Assembly: GCA_964571235.1 (NCBI GenBank)
Contig: CAZNAI010000002.1
Coordinates: 2,837 to 66,836 of the forward strand
Reading direction: 5' to 3'
Source: an uncultured Ignavibacteriales bacterium
GTDB lineage: Bacteria; Zixibacteria; MSB-5A5; GN15; FEB-12
DNA: 64,000 nt
Both the position numbers and the translations under genes were made by a program. A model generated the notes under the pieces. It was not told the origin of the DNA, searched no databases, and worked only from the letters and a program-made list of their open reading frames with translations. Positions within the stretch are counted from its first letter, which is position 1; the number at the start of each line of letters is the position of its first letter. Shown here piece after piece: positions 29,135 to 38,068 of the stretch.

Positions 29135-29773
29135 ATGCGAACATCGCTTGCTGTCATATTGCTCTCTTTCTGCTCGGTAGTCGGACAGGCCAATTCGGCC
29201 ACATCCGACTGGAGTGATACGCCCAAATACACAGAGCCAAGAGTTCAAGGAATTGTCGCAATTGGCTGGCGATTTGATCACGAAGAGCTTGGCCATGTTC
29301 CAGTGGTGGACTTTGGTGCGTTAGTCAGAGTAGCGCGACCACTCTTTCTTCAGACGCGTGTATCTGTCCAGCCCGAACAAACTTCGTTCTTTGTTACCAA
29401 CCTCTCGATCGGATCAATTGCCATTGGCCCAAGAGTACAAACGGTCTCTCGACGGTTTGGCGCATTCGGATCGGCCGAGATTGATTATTCCTGGTATTTT
29501 GGAAGCACAGCGCTGTATTCAGCCGATTCAAATAAGATCGTTAGCCGCGTTTCAACGAGGAGCTTTAAAACTGGATTGGCCCTGACTGGCGGCTTTTGTT
29601 TTCGAGTAGCGAGCTGGCTTGCGATTGATTTCGGTGTGCGAAAGGTATTCAATTCTGCGCGTTCATATGTCATCGTTGAATCACCAATTCCTCCCGGGGG
29701 CTTGTTCTTTTGGCCCTTTCCCCACGACACTTACAATCAAGCGACCATATTCTTGCAGGCCCGCATTCTCTGA
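29135..29773 (+). CDS. hypothetical outer-membrane beta-barrel protein
   Basis: Signal peptide (MRTSLAVILLSFCSVVGQANS) and alternating beta-strand-like segments. No family assigned. Confidence 0.45.
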   Translation: MRTSLAVILLSFCSVVGQANSATSDWSDTPKYTEPRVQGIVAIGWRFDHEELGHVPVVDFGALVRVARPLFLQTRVSVQPEQTSFFVTNLSIGSIAIGPRVQTVSRRFGAFGSAEIDYSWYFGSTALYSADSNKIVSRVSTRSFKTGLALTGGFCFRVASWLAIDFGVRKVFNSARSYVIVESPIPPGGLFFWPFPHDTYNQATIFLQARIL

Positions 29774-29818
29774 CAATTGCGCTTGCCCGGAGACTACTGT
29801 TTTCCGAAATTCTCCCAT

Positions 29819-30418
29819 ATGCTGATCGGATTGACTGGCCCCATCGGATCGGGGAAGAGTACTGTGGCGACTATGCTGGCCAAATGGGGAGCTGTCGTAA
29901 TTGATGCCGACCAGATTGGGCGAGAGGTGGTTGCAAACAACCGGAGTGTACAGCAAAAATTGGTGTCGACCTTTGGACCGGGCGTTTTGTCCAATTCTGG
30001 TGAAATTGACAGAGAGTCGCTGGCCGGTGTTGTGTTTCGCACTGAAAACAGCCGTAGCCAACTCAACAGAATTGTTCATCCTCCGCTTCTTCGTGAACTT
30101 GGCCGCCAGGTCAAGAAAGCAAATGGCCGACGAAAGGTAGTCGTTATCGACGCCGCCCTGCTCATTGAATGGGGGCTAAACCGCAAGGTCGATCTCGTTA
30201 TAGTCGTCGGCGCACCCCAGCGCCTTCGCCTAGAACGGTTGACCGCCCGTGGACTTAGGCCGAGCGATGCCAAGAAGCGGATGCAACGGCAACCGAGTCC
30301 GAAAGTTTTTCACGAGGCGGCCGACGTGCTCCTGGGAAATACCGGATCAAAGTCTGACCTGCGAAAGGCCGTCAGGTTTCTTTGGGACCAATTGATCGCG
30401 CCGAATCTTGTTCGGTGA
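29819..30418 (+). CDS. coaE: dephospho-CoA kinase
   Basis: MLIGLTGPIGSGKST P-loop directly at the N-terminus, IDAD and VHP. The track ORF starts earlier at TTG 29777. Confidence 0.9.
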   Translation: MLIGLTGPIGSGKSTVATMLAKWGAVVIDADQIGREVVANNRSVQQKLVSTFGPGVLSNSGEIDRESLAGVVFRTENSRSQLNRIVHPPLLRELGRQVKKANGRRKVVVIDAALLIEWGLNRKVDLVIVVGAPQRLRLERLTARGLRPSDAKKRMQRQPSPKVFHEAADVLLGNTGSKSDLRKAVRFLWDQLIAPNLVR

Positions 30419-30538
30419 TTTTACCACCAGCTTGCCCGGACTTCTCAATCCACATATATTGCGACAAATGCGAACATTGGATTGGTGGTGTACAACCTAT
30501 ATTACCCCACCGACCGAACAAAGAGTATACAGAGGCAC

Positions 30539-31711
30539 ATGCAATACACTGAGCGAGTTTCTCGACTTGAATCCGAGGGGGCTTTTGTTGTTCTGGCCAA
30601 AGCCCGTCAGATGGAAGCCCAGGGGAAGAAGATCATTCACCTTCAGATCGGCGAGCCGGACTTTGATACACCGGCCAATATCACCGAAGCCGCCATTGCC
30701 GCCCTTCAGCGGGGAGAAACGCACTACGCCGCTTCGGGGGGAGTAATGGCCGCGCGCGAGGCAGTCGCCGAATACGCCAACAAAACCCGCGGGCTCAAAG
30801 TGACCGCCGAAAACTGCATCATCATGCCCGGCGCCAAGCCGGTAATCTATTGCGCGATGATCGCCCTGATAAACGAGGGAGACGAGATTATCGTCCCCAA
30901 CCCCGGCTACCCCACCTATCGGTCGCTGACGCGATTCTTTGGCGCCAAGCCGGTGCCGGTGCGCCTTCGTGAAGACTGTGACTTTCGCTTCTCAATCGAC
31001 GAATTTCGCAAGCTGATCACACCCCGCACTCGCATGGTTATTCTCAATTCGCCGCAGAACCCAACCGGCGGCATTCTGACCTGGGAGGACCTCGAAGCAG
31101 TCTATGAACTCGCGCACAAGCATGACCTGTGGATCATGTCCGACGAAATTTACTCACGGGTGGTCTACGACACCGAGTTCAGGTCGATTGCCTCAATCCC
31201 CGGCGCGATGGACCGCACGATCATTGTCGACGGGATGTCCAAAACATACGCCATGACCGGCTGGCGGCTGGGGTACGGAGTCATGCCCCGAAAATTGACT
31301 GACTTTATGTTCACGCTGGCAATCAACAATTTTTCATCCACTGCTACGTTTGCCCAGTACGCCATGATCGAAGCGCTCGCCGGTCCTCAGACCGAGATCG
31401 ACAAGATGGTGGCTGAGTTCCGGCGGCGCCGTGATGTGATTGTCGACGGTCTCAATTCTATTGAGGGGATATCTTGTCTCCGCCCGGAGGGTGCGTTTTA
31501 CGTGTTCCCTAATATCACGGGCACCGGACTGACTTCAAAAGAGTTTGCCGAAATGATGCTCGAACAGGCGGGAGTGGCATGTCTTTCCGGCACTGCCTTT
31601 GGCGAGTTCGGCGAGGGGTATGTCAGATTCTCGTACGCCAACTCGGTGGAGAATATCCGCGAGGCGCTGGCAAAGATGAAGGCCACATTGGCCACTGTTT
31701 CCCGTCCTTAG
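30539..31711 (+). CDS. class I PLP-dependent aminotransferase (aspartate/aromatic type)
   Basis: IHLQIGEPDF, NPGYPTY, NSPQNPTGG and SKTYAMTGWRLGY. ATG 30539 is preceded by cagagg. The track ORF opens at 30482. Confidence 0.88.
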   Translation: MQYTERVSRLESEGAFVVLAKARQMEAQGKKIIHLQIGEPDFDTPANITEAAIAALQRGETHYAASGGVMAAREAVAEYANKTRGLKVTAENCIIMPGAKPVIYCAMIALINEGDEIIVPNPGYPTYRSLTRFFGAKPVPVRLREDCDFRFSIDEFRKLITPRTRMVILNSPQNPTGGILTWEDLEAVYELAHKHDLWIMSDEIYSRVVYDTEFRSIASIPGAMDRTIIVDGMSKTYAMTGWRLGYGVMPRKLTDFMFTLAINNFSSTATFAQYAMIEALAGPQTEIDKMVAEFRRRRDVIVDGLNSIEGISCLRPEGAFYVFPNITGTGLTSKEFAEMMLEQAGVACLSGTAFGEFGEGYVRFSYANSVENIREALAKMKATLATVSRP

Positions 31712-31734
31712 TGCGCCGCAATAAATGCCGATTG

Positions 31735-31761
31735 AAACCGGGGTTTCCACCCCGGTTTTTT
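31735..31761 (+). terminator. Rho-independent terminator
   Basis: ccgggg (31738-43) pairs with ccccgg (31750-55) around a 6-nt loop, followed by TTTTTT (31756-61). Confidence 0.7.
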
Positions 31762-31800
31762 AATTGAAAGACCGGGCTGGCAGGTGTACTATCACTGAGT

Positions 31801-32604
31801 ATGAAGTACGCCTGTGTCATCACTAATCTGCTCGATCTTTGGGCCGAGCCCCGGTACAATTCCGAGCGCAAGAGTCAGCTCTTGTATGGTGACATCGTCG
31901 CTCTTGGAGTCCGGCGGGGCGGATTTGTCCGTGTGACGGAATCCGACGGATACTTCGGCTGGGTCGATGATCGCTTCCTCTATCCCGCCACAGGAGCAAG
32001 AGTGAAACCGGCGAGAGGTTGGCGCCGGGCGATTGTATCTAATTCATCGATCCGTATTGTCTCTTCCGATCCTCGGTCTGAAATTTCCCCGCACTTTCTG
32101 TACTACGGGACTCGACTGCTGGCACGCGCCGGAAGTCTCGGAAAGTGTGAAGTCAGGCTCGCTTCGGAGCAAACCGCCGAAGTGCCGAGTCGCGGACTTC
32201 GATTTGAACAAGAGATTTCCAATATCGGAGAGCCGAGACTGATTTTGGCCGCATCGAAGAAGTTTCTCGGCGTACCCTATCTCTGGGGTGGTACGACACC
32301 GGCCGGCTTTGATTGTTCCGGTCTCGTGCGGGCAGTCTTCGGCCAGTTCGGCATCTATCTTCCCCGCGATACTAAAGATCAGATTAAGGTTGGGGAAAAA
32401 GTAAACCGCGAAGAAGTTCGGGCCGGTGACTTGCTCTTTTTTGATCGTCACGTTGCCTTGGCGATGAGCCGTACTGCGATCATACATGCATCGCGCAGTG
32501 CCGGCGGTGTGCGAGTCCAATCTCTGAAAAAGGGAGATACCGACTATAGGGCCGACCTTGACCGCGATTTCAAACTGGCAAGGAGACTCATTGATACGGA
32601 TTGA
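31801..32604 (+). CDS. C40 (NlpC/P60) peptidoglycan endopeptidase with N-terminal SH3-like domains
   Basis: YLWGGTTPAGFDCSGLVRAVF (catalytic Cys) and GDLLFF..HVAL (His). Resembles YkfC-type gamma-D-Glu-diamino acid endopeptidases. Confidence 0.85.
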   Translation: MKYACVITNLLDLWAEPRYNSERKSQLLYGDIVALGVRRGGFVRVTESDGYFGWVDDRFLYPATGARVKPARGWRRAIVSNSSIRIVSSDPRSEISPHFLYYGTRLLARAGSLGKCEVRLASEQTAEVPSRGLRFEQEISNIGEPRLILAASKKFLGVPYLWGGTTPAGFDCSGLVRAVFGQFGIYLPRDTKDQIKVGEKVNREEVRAGDLLFFDRHVALAMSRTAIIHASRSAGGVRVQSLKKGDTDYRADLDRDFKLARRLIDTD

Positions 32605-33622
32605 AGTTTTCAAACTGAATCTTCCTTTGCGAACCCGCTTTGCGGTAGCCAAAGGATCTGCCGATGTCAAAACGAATCTGCTGGCAGTTCTGAACAACCG
32701 GTATATCGGCGAGGCGGCGACGTCCGTCTACTATGGCCCGACTCTTGAGCAGTTGGAGAAGGACTTGCAAGCCGGGGCTCGCTTCATCGAACAATTGGGT
32801 GCAATTGACAATGCGACCCTTGAGAAAGTATCGCAATTGACGATCAATCCGATCGCTCGGTCGGCGTTGACTGGAATGCTCCTGAACTACTTGTCAGGCG
32901 AATCCGGCCGGTACCCGTGGGAGATTCTATCGTTGTCTACACCGGTTGGAATCAAGAGTTCTTTCACTATCGGTATTGATGATTCTTCAAAGATGGTATC
33001 AGCTATTCAAAACAGCGAATACCCGATTGTTAAAATAAAGCTGGGCGGACCTGATGATGTGAAAGTAATCGAATCTCTCAAAGATGTAGTCGGTAAGGAG
33101 ATTCGTGTCGACGCCAACGGTGGGTGGGATCTGGCCCGTGCGGAAGAGATGATTTACTACCTGGCCCGTGCCGGAGTGACAATTATCGAACAACCAACCG
33201 AAGCAAAGTTAGTTGCCGATTGGCCGCGTCTTAAGGGGAAGAACGCCGAAGTCGAATTGGTTATTGATGAGGGAGTCGGCTCAGTCGACGATTTCGACGC
33301 GGTTTCGGCCAATGTTGACGGCGTGAATATTAAGATGGAAAAAAGCGGCGGCATTTTGGAGGCGCTCAAAGTTGCCGAGTCGGCCAAACAGTCGAAAAAG
33401 AAGATCATGCTCGGGTGTATGGTATCGTCGTCGGTCGGGATTGCTCAGTCGGTGTATATGTCGTCACTGGCCGATTACATCGATCTGGACGGCCCTCAGC
33501 TACTCCAGCACGATATAGCTCGTGGTATAACATTTCACCGTGAACATATAGAAGTCGACCGCGAGATAATCGGCGGCCCGACCTTAATCCGTGATGTTTT
33601 CGAAAAGTACATTGCTTCGTAA
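32591..33622 (+). CDS. dipeptide epimerase (L-Ala-D/L-Glu epimerase, enolase superfamily)
   Basis: IVKIKLG, RVDANGGW, IEQP, VIDEG and IKMEKSGG. TTG 32591 sits 5 nt after aggag. The track ORF starts at ATG 32558. Confidence 0.85.
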   Translation: MIRIEVFKLNLPLRTRFAVAKGSADVKTNLLAVLNNRYIGEAATSVYYGPTLEQLEKDLQAGARFIEQLGAIDNATLEKVSQLTINPIARSALTGMLLNYLSGESGRYPWEILSLSTPVGIKSSFTIGIDDSSKMVSAIQNSEYPIVKIKLGGPDDVKVIESLKDVVGKEIRVDANGGWDLARAEEMIYYLARAGVTIIEQPTEAKLVADWPRLKGKNAEVELVIDEGVGSVDDFDAVSANVDGVNIKMEKSGGILEALKVAESAKQSKKKIMLGCMVSSSVGIAQSVYMSSLADYIDLDGPQLLQHDIARGITFHREHIEVDREIIGGPTLIRDVFEKYIAS

Positions 33623-35489
33623 CGCAATCCTGATTGCCGTGGCCGCGCTCTCGGTAGTGAGAGCGGCAGACTCCAGCGATACTTCAGGTATTGTGGTGGT
33701 CTATCCAAGACCCGGACAGACAATTACCGCAACCGATTCCACGTTTATATTGGGGCACCTGTCGCGATCACTGATGAAGATGGTCCCGGCGGCCGCCTCA
33801 GTGAAGTCCGCTCTCACTTTGAAAATCAACGGCCAGACAGTTTCGGTTCATGCGAAGGGCGGATTCCTGGCGTTCCTGCCTATCAAAAAGGGTGACTTCA
33901 CCTTTGAGCTGAAAGTCACAGGTGGTAGCTCCCATACCGCCATGACGACTTTAGCGGAAGTGAGTCTTCCAGTCAAAGTGGGAAGTGACTTGCGCATTGC
34001 GGGGGGCGATTCGCTGGTTATCGCCGGAGACTACCGCCCTCCTTCAGGTGATCTGGCGTTGACATCAGGTGACCGCCTCGAAGTCAGCTTTCGTGGCACC
34101 TCTGGCGCGACCGCATGGTTTGGAATAAAAGGTGTGGTCGACTCGGTTCCAATGTCAGAAGTGGTACTCAGCGGATCGCCATACTGGGGTGAAGCGGTAT
34201 TTGGTGAGGGAACGGTTCCCGAAGAAGTGCCGTCGGAGGGTGTCTACTCCGGCTTTTGGACAATATCTCCCAATGCGAAGATCTCCGCGACCGAGATCAG
34301 CTACAATTTGTGTCGCACGAAAACCGGTACTAAAACAGGTGAATGTGTAACTACCAAGTCCGGTTACAAAGTCTCTCTTAATAGCGATCTGTTTCCGTTC
34401 ACAGTTCGACTGACCGATTCCGTGCAGACAATGCGGGTAGGGCCGCGCCTGGGATATTTCAGCATATACCAGCCGAAAGGGATTGATGTGCTGGCAGTCG
34501 GGGCGGAAGCTGATTGGTATCGAGTCCAACTTTCCACCACACAATTTGCGTGGGTAGCTAAAGCTTCGGTTGAGCGTTTAGCTCCCGGCATACTTCCGCC
34601 GACCTCGCGTCTAACTTCGATCAGGTCGTACGACACCGGCAGGGCCACAACGCTGACATTTCCTCTTTCCGGTAAACACACCTATCGGGTCATCGAAGAA
34701 TCCTCCCGCCGTCTTGTACTACAGCTCTTTGGTGTGACCAGCAATACCGATTGGATTAGGGCACAATACGGCTCACCTATCATCGATTTTTGCACCTGGG
34801 TTCAGCGAGAAAACGGCCTGTATGAGTTTGCGATAAACCTTCGCGAGGCGCTCTGGGGGTATGACTGTTACTACCAGGGAAATACATTTTGTCTCAAGAT
34901 CATCCGTCACCCGAAATCACCGAAACTGCTTGCCGGCAAAACAATTGTAGTCGATCCGGGACATTCCGCCGATCCGGGATCAATCGGCCCGACAGGATTT
35001 ACCGAAGCCGAAGCAAATCTCGGAATTGCGTTGGCGCTTCGTGATGTCCTCAAAGCGAGAGGCGCAAAGGTCGTCATGACCCGGTCGGATATGTCCAATG
35101 TACCGCTGGCGGATCGTTCGGTGATCGCCAAGGCCGCCAACCCGGATCTGTTTGTTTCAGTACACAACAATTCGCTCCCGGACGGGGTAAATCCGTTCAC
35201 CAACAACGGGACATCGACTTTCTACTACCATCCGTGGTCGAAGGACCTCGCCAAGTTCATCTTAAGCGAATTGCTCAAGGCAACCACGCTCCCCGATCAC
35301 GGTCTCTATTGGGGGAATCTGGCAGTGAGTCGTCAGACTTGGTGCCCCGCTGTTTTGGTTGAGTGCGACTTCATGATATTGCCTGAGCGCGAGGCATTGC
35401 TGGCGACCAAAAAATATCAGACGACACTGGCAACAGCTATTGCAACCGGCATCGAAAACTTCCTGCGGAGTTATCCCAATGGGCGGTGA
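33591..35489 (+). CDS. N-acetylmuramoyl-L-alanine amidase (Amidase_3) with a large N-terminal domain
   Basis: Signal peptide. The C-terminal region has IVVDPGHSADPGS, TEAEANLGIALAL and FVSVHNNS. Confidence 0.85.
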   Translation: MMFSKSTLLRNAILIAVAALSVVRAADSSDTSGIVVVYPRPGQTITATDSTFILGHLSRSLMKMVPAAASVKSALTLKINGQTVSVHAKGGFLAFLPIKKGDFTFELKVTGGSSHTAMTTLAEVSLPVKVGSDLRIAGGDSLVIAGDYRPPSGDLALTSGDRLEVSFRGTSGATAWFGIKGVVDSVPMSEVVLSGSPYWGEAVFGEGTVPEEVPSEGVYSGFWTISPNAKISATEISYNLCRTKTGTKTGECVTTKSGYKVSLNSDLFPFTVRLTDSVQTMRVGPRLGYFSIYQPKGIDVLAVGAEADWYRVQLSTTQFAWVAKASVERLAPGILPPTSRLTSIRSYDTGRATTLTFPLSGKHTYRVIEESSRRLVLQLFGVTSNTDWIRAQYGSPIIDFCTWVQRENGLYEFAINLREALWGYDCYYQGNTFCLKIIRHPKSPKLLAGKTIVVDPGHSADPGSIGPTGFTEAEANLGIALALRDVLKARGAKVVMTRSDMSNVPLADRSVIAKAANPDLFVSVHNNSLPDGVNPFTNNGTSTFYYHPWSKDLAKFILSELLKATTLPDHGLYWGNLAVSRQTWCPAVLVECDFMILPEREALLATKKYQTTLATAIATGIENFLRSYPNGR

Positions 35490-35733
35490 ATCGGCATCTT
35501 CGGGCAAGCCCAAGCAACCGTATTGGCTTATCTATGTCGGTCTGTTGATCGGCGGCATTTTGCTCCTGGCCGACGCCAATCACTATCTGCCGCTCCAGAA
35601 GATCAGCGCCAAACTGGGGATCGGTATGGTCTATTCGGCGTTTGCGCTTTTTGTGGGAAACGGCAAATCCGCTGGAATTATCGCGACGGGAATCATCTGG
35701 GTTGCAGTGTTGACCACTTTTCTCATTCATTGA
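35479..35733 (+). CDS. small hypothetical membrane protein
   Basis: The ATG overlaps the amidase stop (ATGGGCGGTGA). Two or three hydrophobic helices. Confidence 0.4.
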   Translation: MGGESASSGKPKQPYWLIYVGLLIGGILLLADANHYLPLQKISAKLGIGMVYSAFALFVGNGKSAGIIATGIIWVAVLTTFLIH

Positions 35734-35790
35734 CCAATACAACTTCGATCTGCCCTTGCGATTGAACCCCGCGATTGATAAATTGTCGCG

Positions 35791-36786
35791 ATGTATAATC
35801 GACTTCTCGGCTCGACTGCAATCTCGATATTTCTTCTCTGTTGTATACTTGTCACTCCCTGCAACGCTCAGGACGGACAGCGTTGGAGAGTATCGCTCGC
35901 GCCGGACCTGAACTACTTGTTTGGCCAGACCCAGTATGACATGAAGTACATGGGTGCGCCGGACCAAAATGGCAAGACTGGCATCCGCAGTCTGCTTGAG
36001 TTTCCCATAAACATGTTTACAGTCGGTGGGACAATCCGTGTCGAACCAGTAAGACAAACCAGGCATCCAGTGAAATTCGCGCTGTCGATTTCCACTAAAG
36101 TCAACGATCCCGCCGGCAAGATGATTGATCACGATTGGGACTTGTATAGCTCCGGCGGAGATTTCAAGTGGAGCTATACCGAGTCCAAAGTTGAGGCGGC
36201 GTATTTCTACCTGAAGTTTGAGTCGAGCATCGGTTTTCCAAGCGCACGTCGCGGCGGCTTTGATATGATCGGTGGCATACGCTACGAGCGGATCGCGCAG
36301 GAGATTTTGGATTTCGCCGGTTGGCAATATGACTCACTTGGAAATATTCACAATTTCTATGTGCAGGAGCGGGCATTGTATTACAAGGTCAGCTATTTGT
36401 CGCCGTATGTCGGATTCAGGTTCAAGTCGTCGCAGGCCGGGCACACTGCGTTTCATCTGCAGGCGGCGGTGGCGCCGACACGGATGAGCGACTTCGATGA
36501 TCACCGCCTGCGCTACAAAACGGCAGTCGCGACCGGGTGGGGGGAAGGGGTGCTCACGGAAACGGGCATAAGTATTCCATTGGGAGCGCAAGGACCGCAT
36601 GCTTCGTTTGTGCAAATCCGGGCGCAGTTTGACTATTTGCACGGTTCTCTCCGGCAGACACAGACCTGGTACGGCGACGACCCGTTCACATCGGAGAATG
36701 ACACCGGTAGTTCGTTTCCCAATATTCCCCATGAGATCACGCTCACTCGTTTATCAGTCGGCGTGAGACTCGGCGTTGCGCTTTAG
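35791..36786 (+). CDS. omptin-like outer-membrane protease (A26-like) / beta-barrel protein
   Basis: Signal peptide. DHDWD (36127-36141), QERALYYKVSYLSPYVGF and SDFDDH (36490-36504) resemble OmpT D-x-D, GERAIGYKQRFKMPYIGL and SDNDEH as I recall them. Confidence 0.55.
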   Translation: MYNRLLGSTAISIFLLCCILVTPCNAQDGQRWRVSLAPDLNYLFGQTQYDMKYMGAPDQNGKTGIRSLLEFPINMFTVGGTIRVEPVRQTRHPVKFALSISTKVNDPAGKMIDHDWDLYSSGGDFKWSYTESKVEAAYFYLKFESSIGFPSARRGGFDMIGGIRYERIAQEILDFAGWQYDSLGNIHNFYVQERALYYKVSYLSPYVGFRFKSSQAGHTAFHLQAAVAPTRMSDFDDHRLRYKTAVATGWGEGVLTETGISIPLGAQGPHASFVQIRAQFDYLHGSLRQTQTWYGDDPFTSENDTGSSFPNIPHEITLTRLSVGVRLGVAL

Positions 36787-37283
36787 ACCAGCTTGGTCAC
36801 CAGCAGGATCGCATAGGCAGTCGCCAGTGATCCGTAATTGGCCCACATAAACCAGCGGACACCCCAACTGATACCGTCGAATTTGTAGTCAAATAGCGGC
36901 CAGAGAAACGGCGTGGGGAAGAATTTCTTGGAGTGGGTCGGGATGTCGACCAAGATATGCCCGAGCCACCCGAGATAGATCAGTGGGAAGGCGCCGGACA
37001 ACCACCACCAAAGCGCACAAACGACAATCCAGATGGGGATAGAGTGGGTGATGTCGTAGATACGGAAGACCCAGCGCGGGATGGATTTGTTGAGGTCGTC
37101 GAAAGTTGACTCGTCGACTTTACGCCACTTGCGGGATTGCCTCGCGACCAGAGAACGAAGGAGTTCCGGCCCGAAGGCGAGTGCGTCGGGGGCGACGCTG
37201 AGAGTCGACGCCCAGAGCCGGGTAGAGTCGTCGGCTTTGAGAAAGGCGAGGTTGGTCCAGAGGAAGTGCGCGAAGATGTCCAT
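36783..37283 (-). CDS. membrane protein, YdjM/DUF457-like metal-dependent hydrolase fold (tentative)
   Basis: Hydrophobic helices with HSIP and GHILVDIPTH motifs, reminiscent of SHILADMLTP in YdjM. Confidence 0.45.
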   Translation of the reverse strand: MDIFAHFLWTNLAFLKADDSTRLWASTLSVAPDALAFGPELLRSLVARQSRKWRKVDESTFDDLNKSIPRWVFRIYDITHSIPIWIVVCALWWWLSGAFPLIYLGWLGHILVDIPTHSKKFFPTPFLWPLFDYKFDGISWGVRWFMWANYGSLATAYAILLVTKLV

Positions 37284-37313
37284 GTCAAAAGATAGATCGG
37301 TTGCGTCGACTAA

Positions 37314-37508
37314 TCAACGTCGGCCACCGAGAATCCTTGAGGGTAATAGGAAGATCGCCTTGACCAGTTCCATCACGCCCATCACCGCTATACCAAGCAA
37401 GCGGAAAGGGAGTAAGACAAGCCAGATCAGTGGAAACAAAATGAGTGCCAGCAGAGCCAGCGGCCAGCAGATGACCAACAGAATGCACCAGAGGAGGAAA
37501 GTCAGCAT
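37314..37508 (-). CDS. small hypothetical two-helix membrane protein
   Basis: MLTFLLWCILLVICWPLALLALILFPLIWLVLLPFRLLGIAVMGV.... ATG 37508 has GGAG 12 nt upstream. The track ORF begins at TTG 37526. Confidence 0.4.
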   Translation of the reverse strand: MLTFLLWCILLVICWPLALLALILFPLIWLVLLPFRLLGIAVMGVMELVKAIFLLPSRILGGRR

Positions 37509-37582
37509 ATCTATTTTACACTCCAACCGCGATCATGTTATCAAATATACTCTCGGTCGTCCAGTTTTATTCAACATAAGAG

Positions 37583-37649
37583 ATGTCGAATTCTCTCGCT
37601 GACGCCCGACCCCGTTTGCGGCGGGGCATGGGGTTTCGACCTACAAGAC
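37583..37649 (+). repeat. hairpin module copy 1 (ATGTCGAA ... TTCGAC-CTACAAGAC)
   Basis: Outer stem gtcgaa (37585-90) pairs with ttcgac (37635-40). The inner hairpin is ccccgtt-tgc-ggcgggg. About 58 of 67 positions match copy 2 in a hand alignment. Confidence 0.7.
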
Positions 37650-37782
37650 CGGGGAGAGCAAAAGACTTGTGTGTGACCCGACGGGTACATATCTTTTCCC
37701 TGCATTGCTTTTCAAGTCACTGGGGGGTCGCCAGGCCCTCTGTAAAGAGTAACTGCTTTGACATTCGAGGAGGTGAATCAGT

Positions 37783-37986
37783 ATGCGCAAATTGATTGTT
37801 GTCGCCCTCATCGTCTTCGCCATGGCGTTTGCCATCGGTGCGACCGCTCCGACACCGGTCAGCGCCGCCAACTGCTACTACACCTGTAGCTGTACCGGCA
37901 CTCCGCTGTATTGTTGTAAAGTGGGCAGTGTAACCACCTGCAAGTTCGCTAAAGGTTTTCAGTGTCCGCAGATTATCACCTGCTAA
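37783..37986 (+). CDS. Sec-exported cysteine-rich cationic mini-protein precursor (28-aa signal peptide plus 39-aa, 8-Cys mature part)
   Basis: GAGGAGG (37767-73) lies 9 nt before the ATG. The signal peptide is MRKLIVVALIVFAMAFAIGATAPTPVSA. The mature part is ANCYYTCSCTGTPLYCCKVGSVTTCKFAKGFQCPQIITC, and a terminator hairpin follows the stop. Confidence 0.65.
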   Translation: MRKLIVVALIVFAMAFAIGATAPTPVSAANCYYTCSCTGTPLYCCKVGSVTTCKFAKGFQCPQIITC

Positions 37987-38007
37987 TAAGGGTGACGGTC
38001 TCGATTT

Positions 38008-38040
38008 TGGGGTGCGGCTTTGCAGTCGCACCCGTTTCTT
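38008..38040 (+). terminator. Rho-independent terminator or attenuator between the peptide gene and the TlpA-like gene
   Basis: gggtgcg (38008-14) pairs with cgcaccc (38025-31) around a 10-nt loop, followed by gtttctttt. Confidence 0.55.
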
Positions 38041-38068
38041 TTGGAGCATGTAAGAGGGAACATATATC

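Noticed and set aside
37583-37795. Small ORFs starting at the ATGTC of each hairpin module (70, 48, 27, 7 and 3 codons at 37583, 38697, 41026, 41133 and 41264), each preceded by an SD-like AAGAGA.
   Set aside because: The two best-conserved copies differ by a 1-nt indel that shifts the frame (MSNSLADARPRL... versus MSKPLATLDLAC...). ORF lengths are erratic and conservation follows base-pairing. These are nucleotide-level elements, not peptides. The AAGAG..ATGTC similarity to the TlpA-like gene start (38051-38074) may be coincidental.
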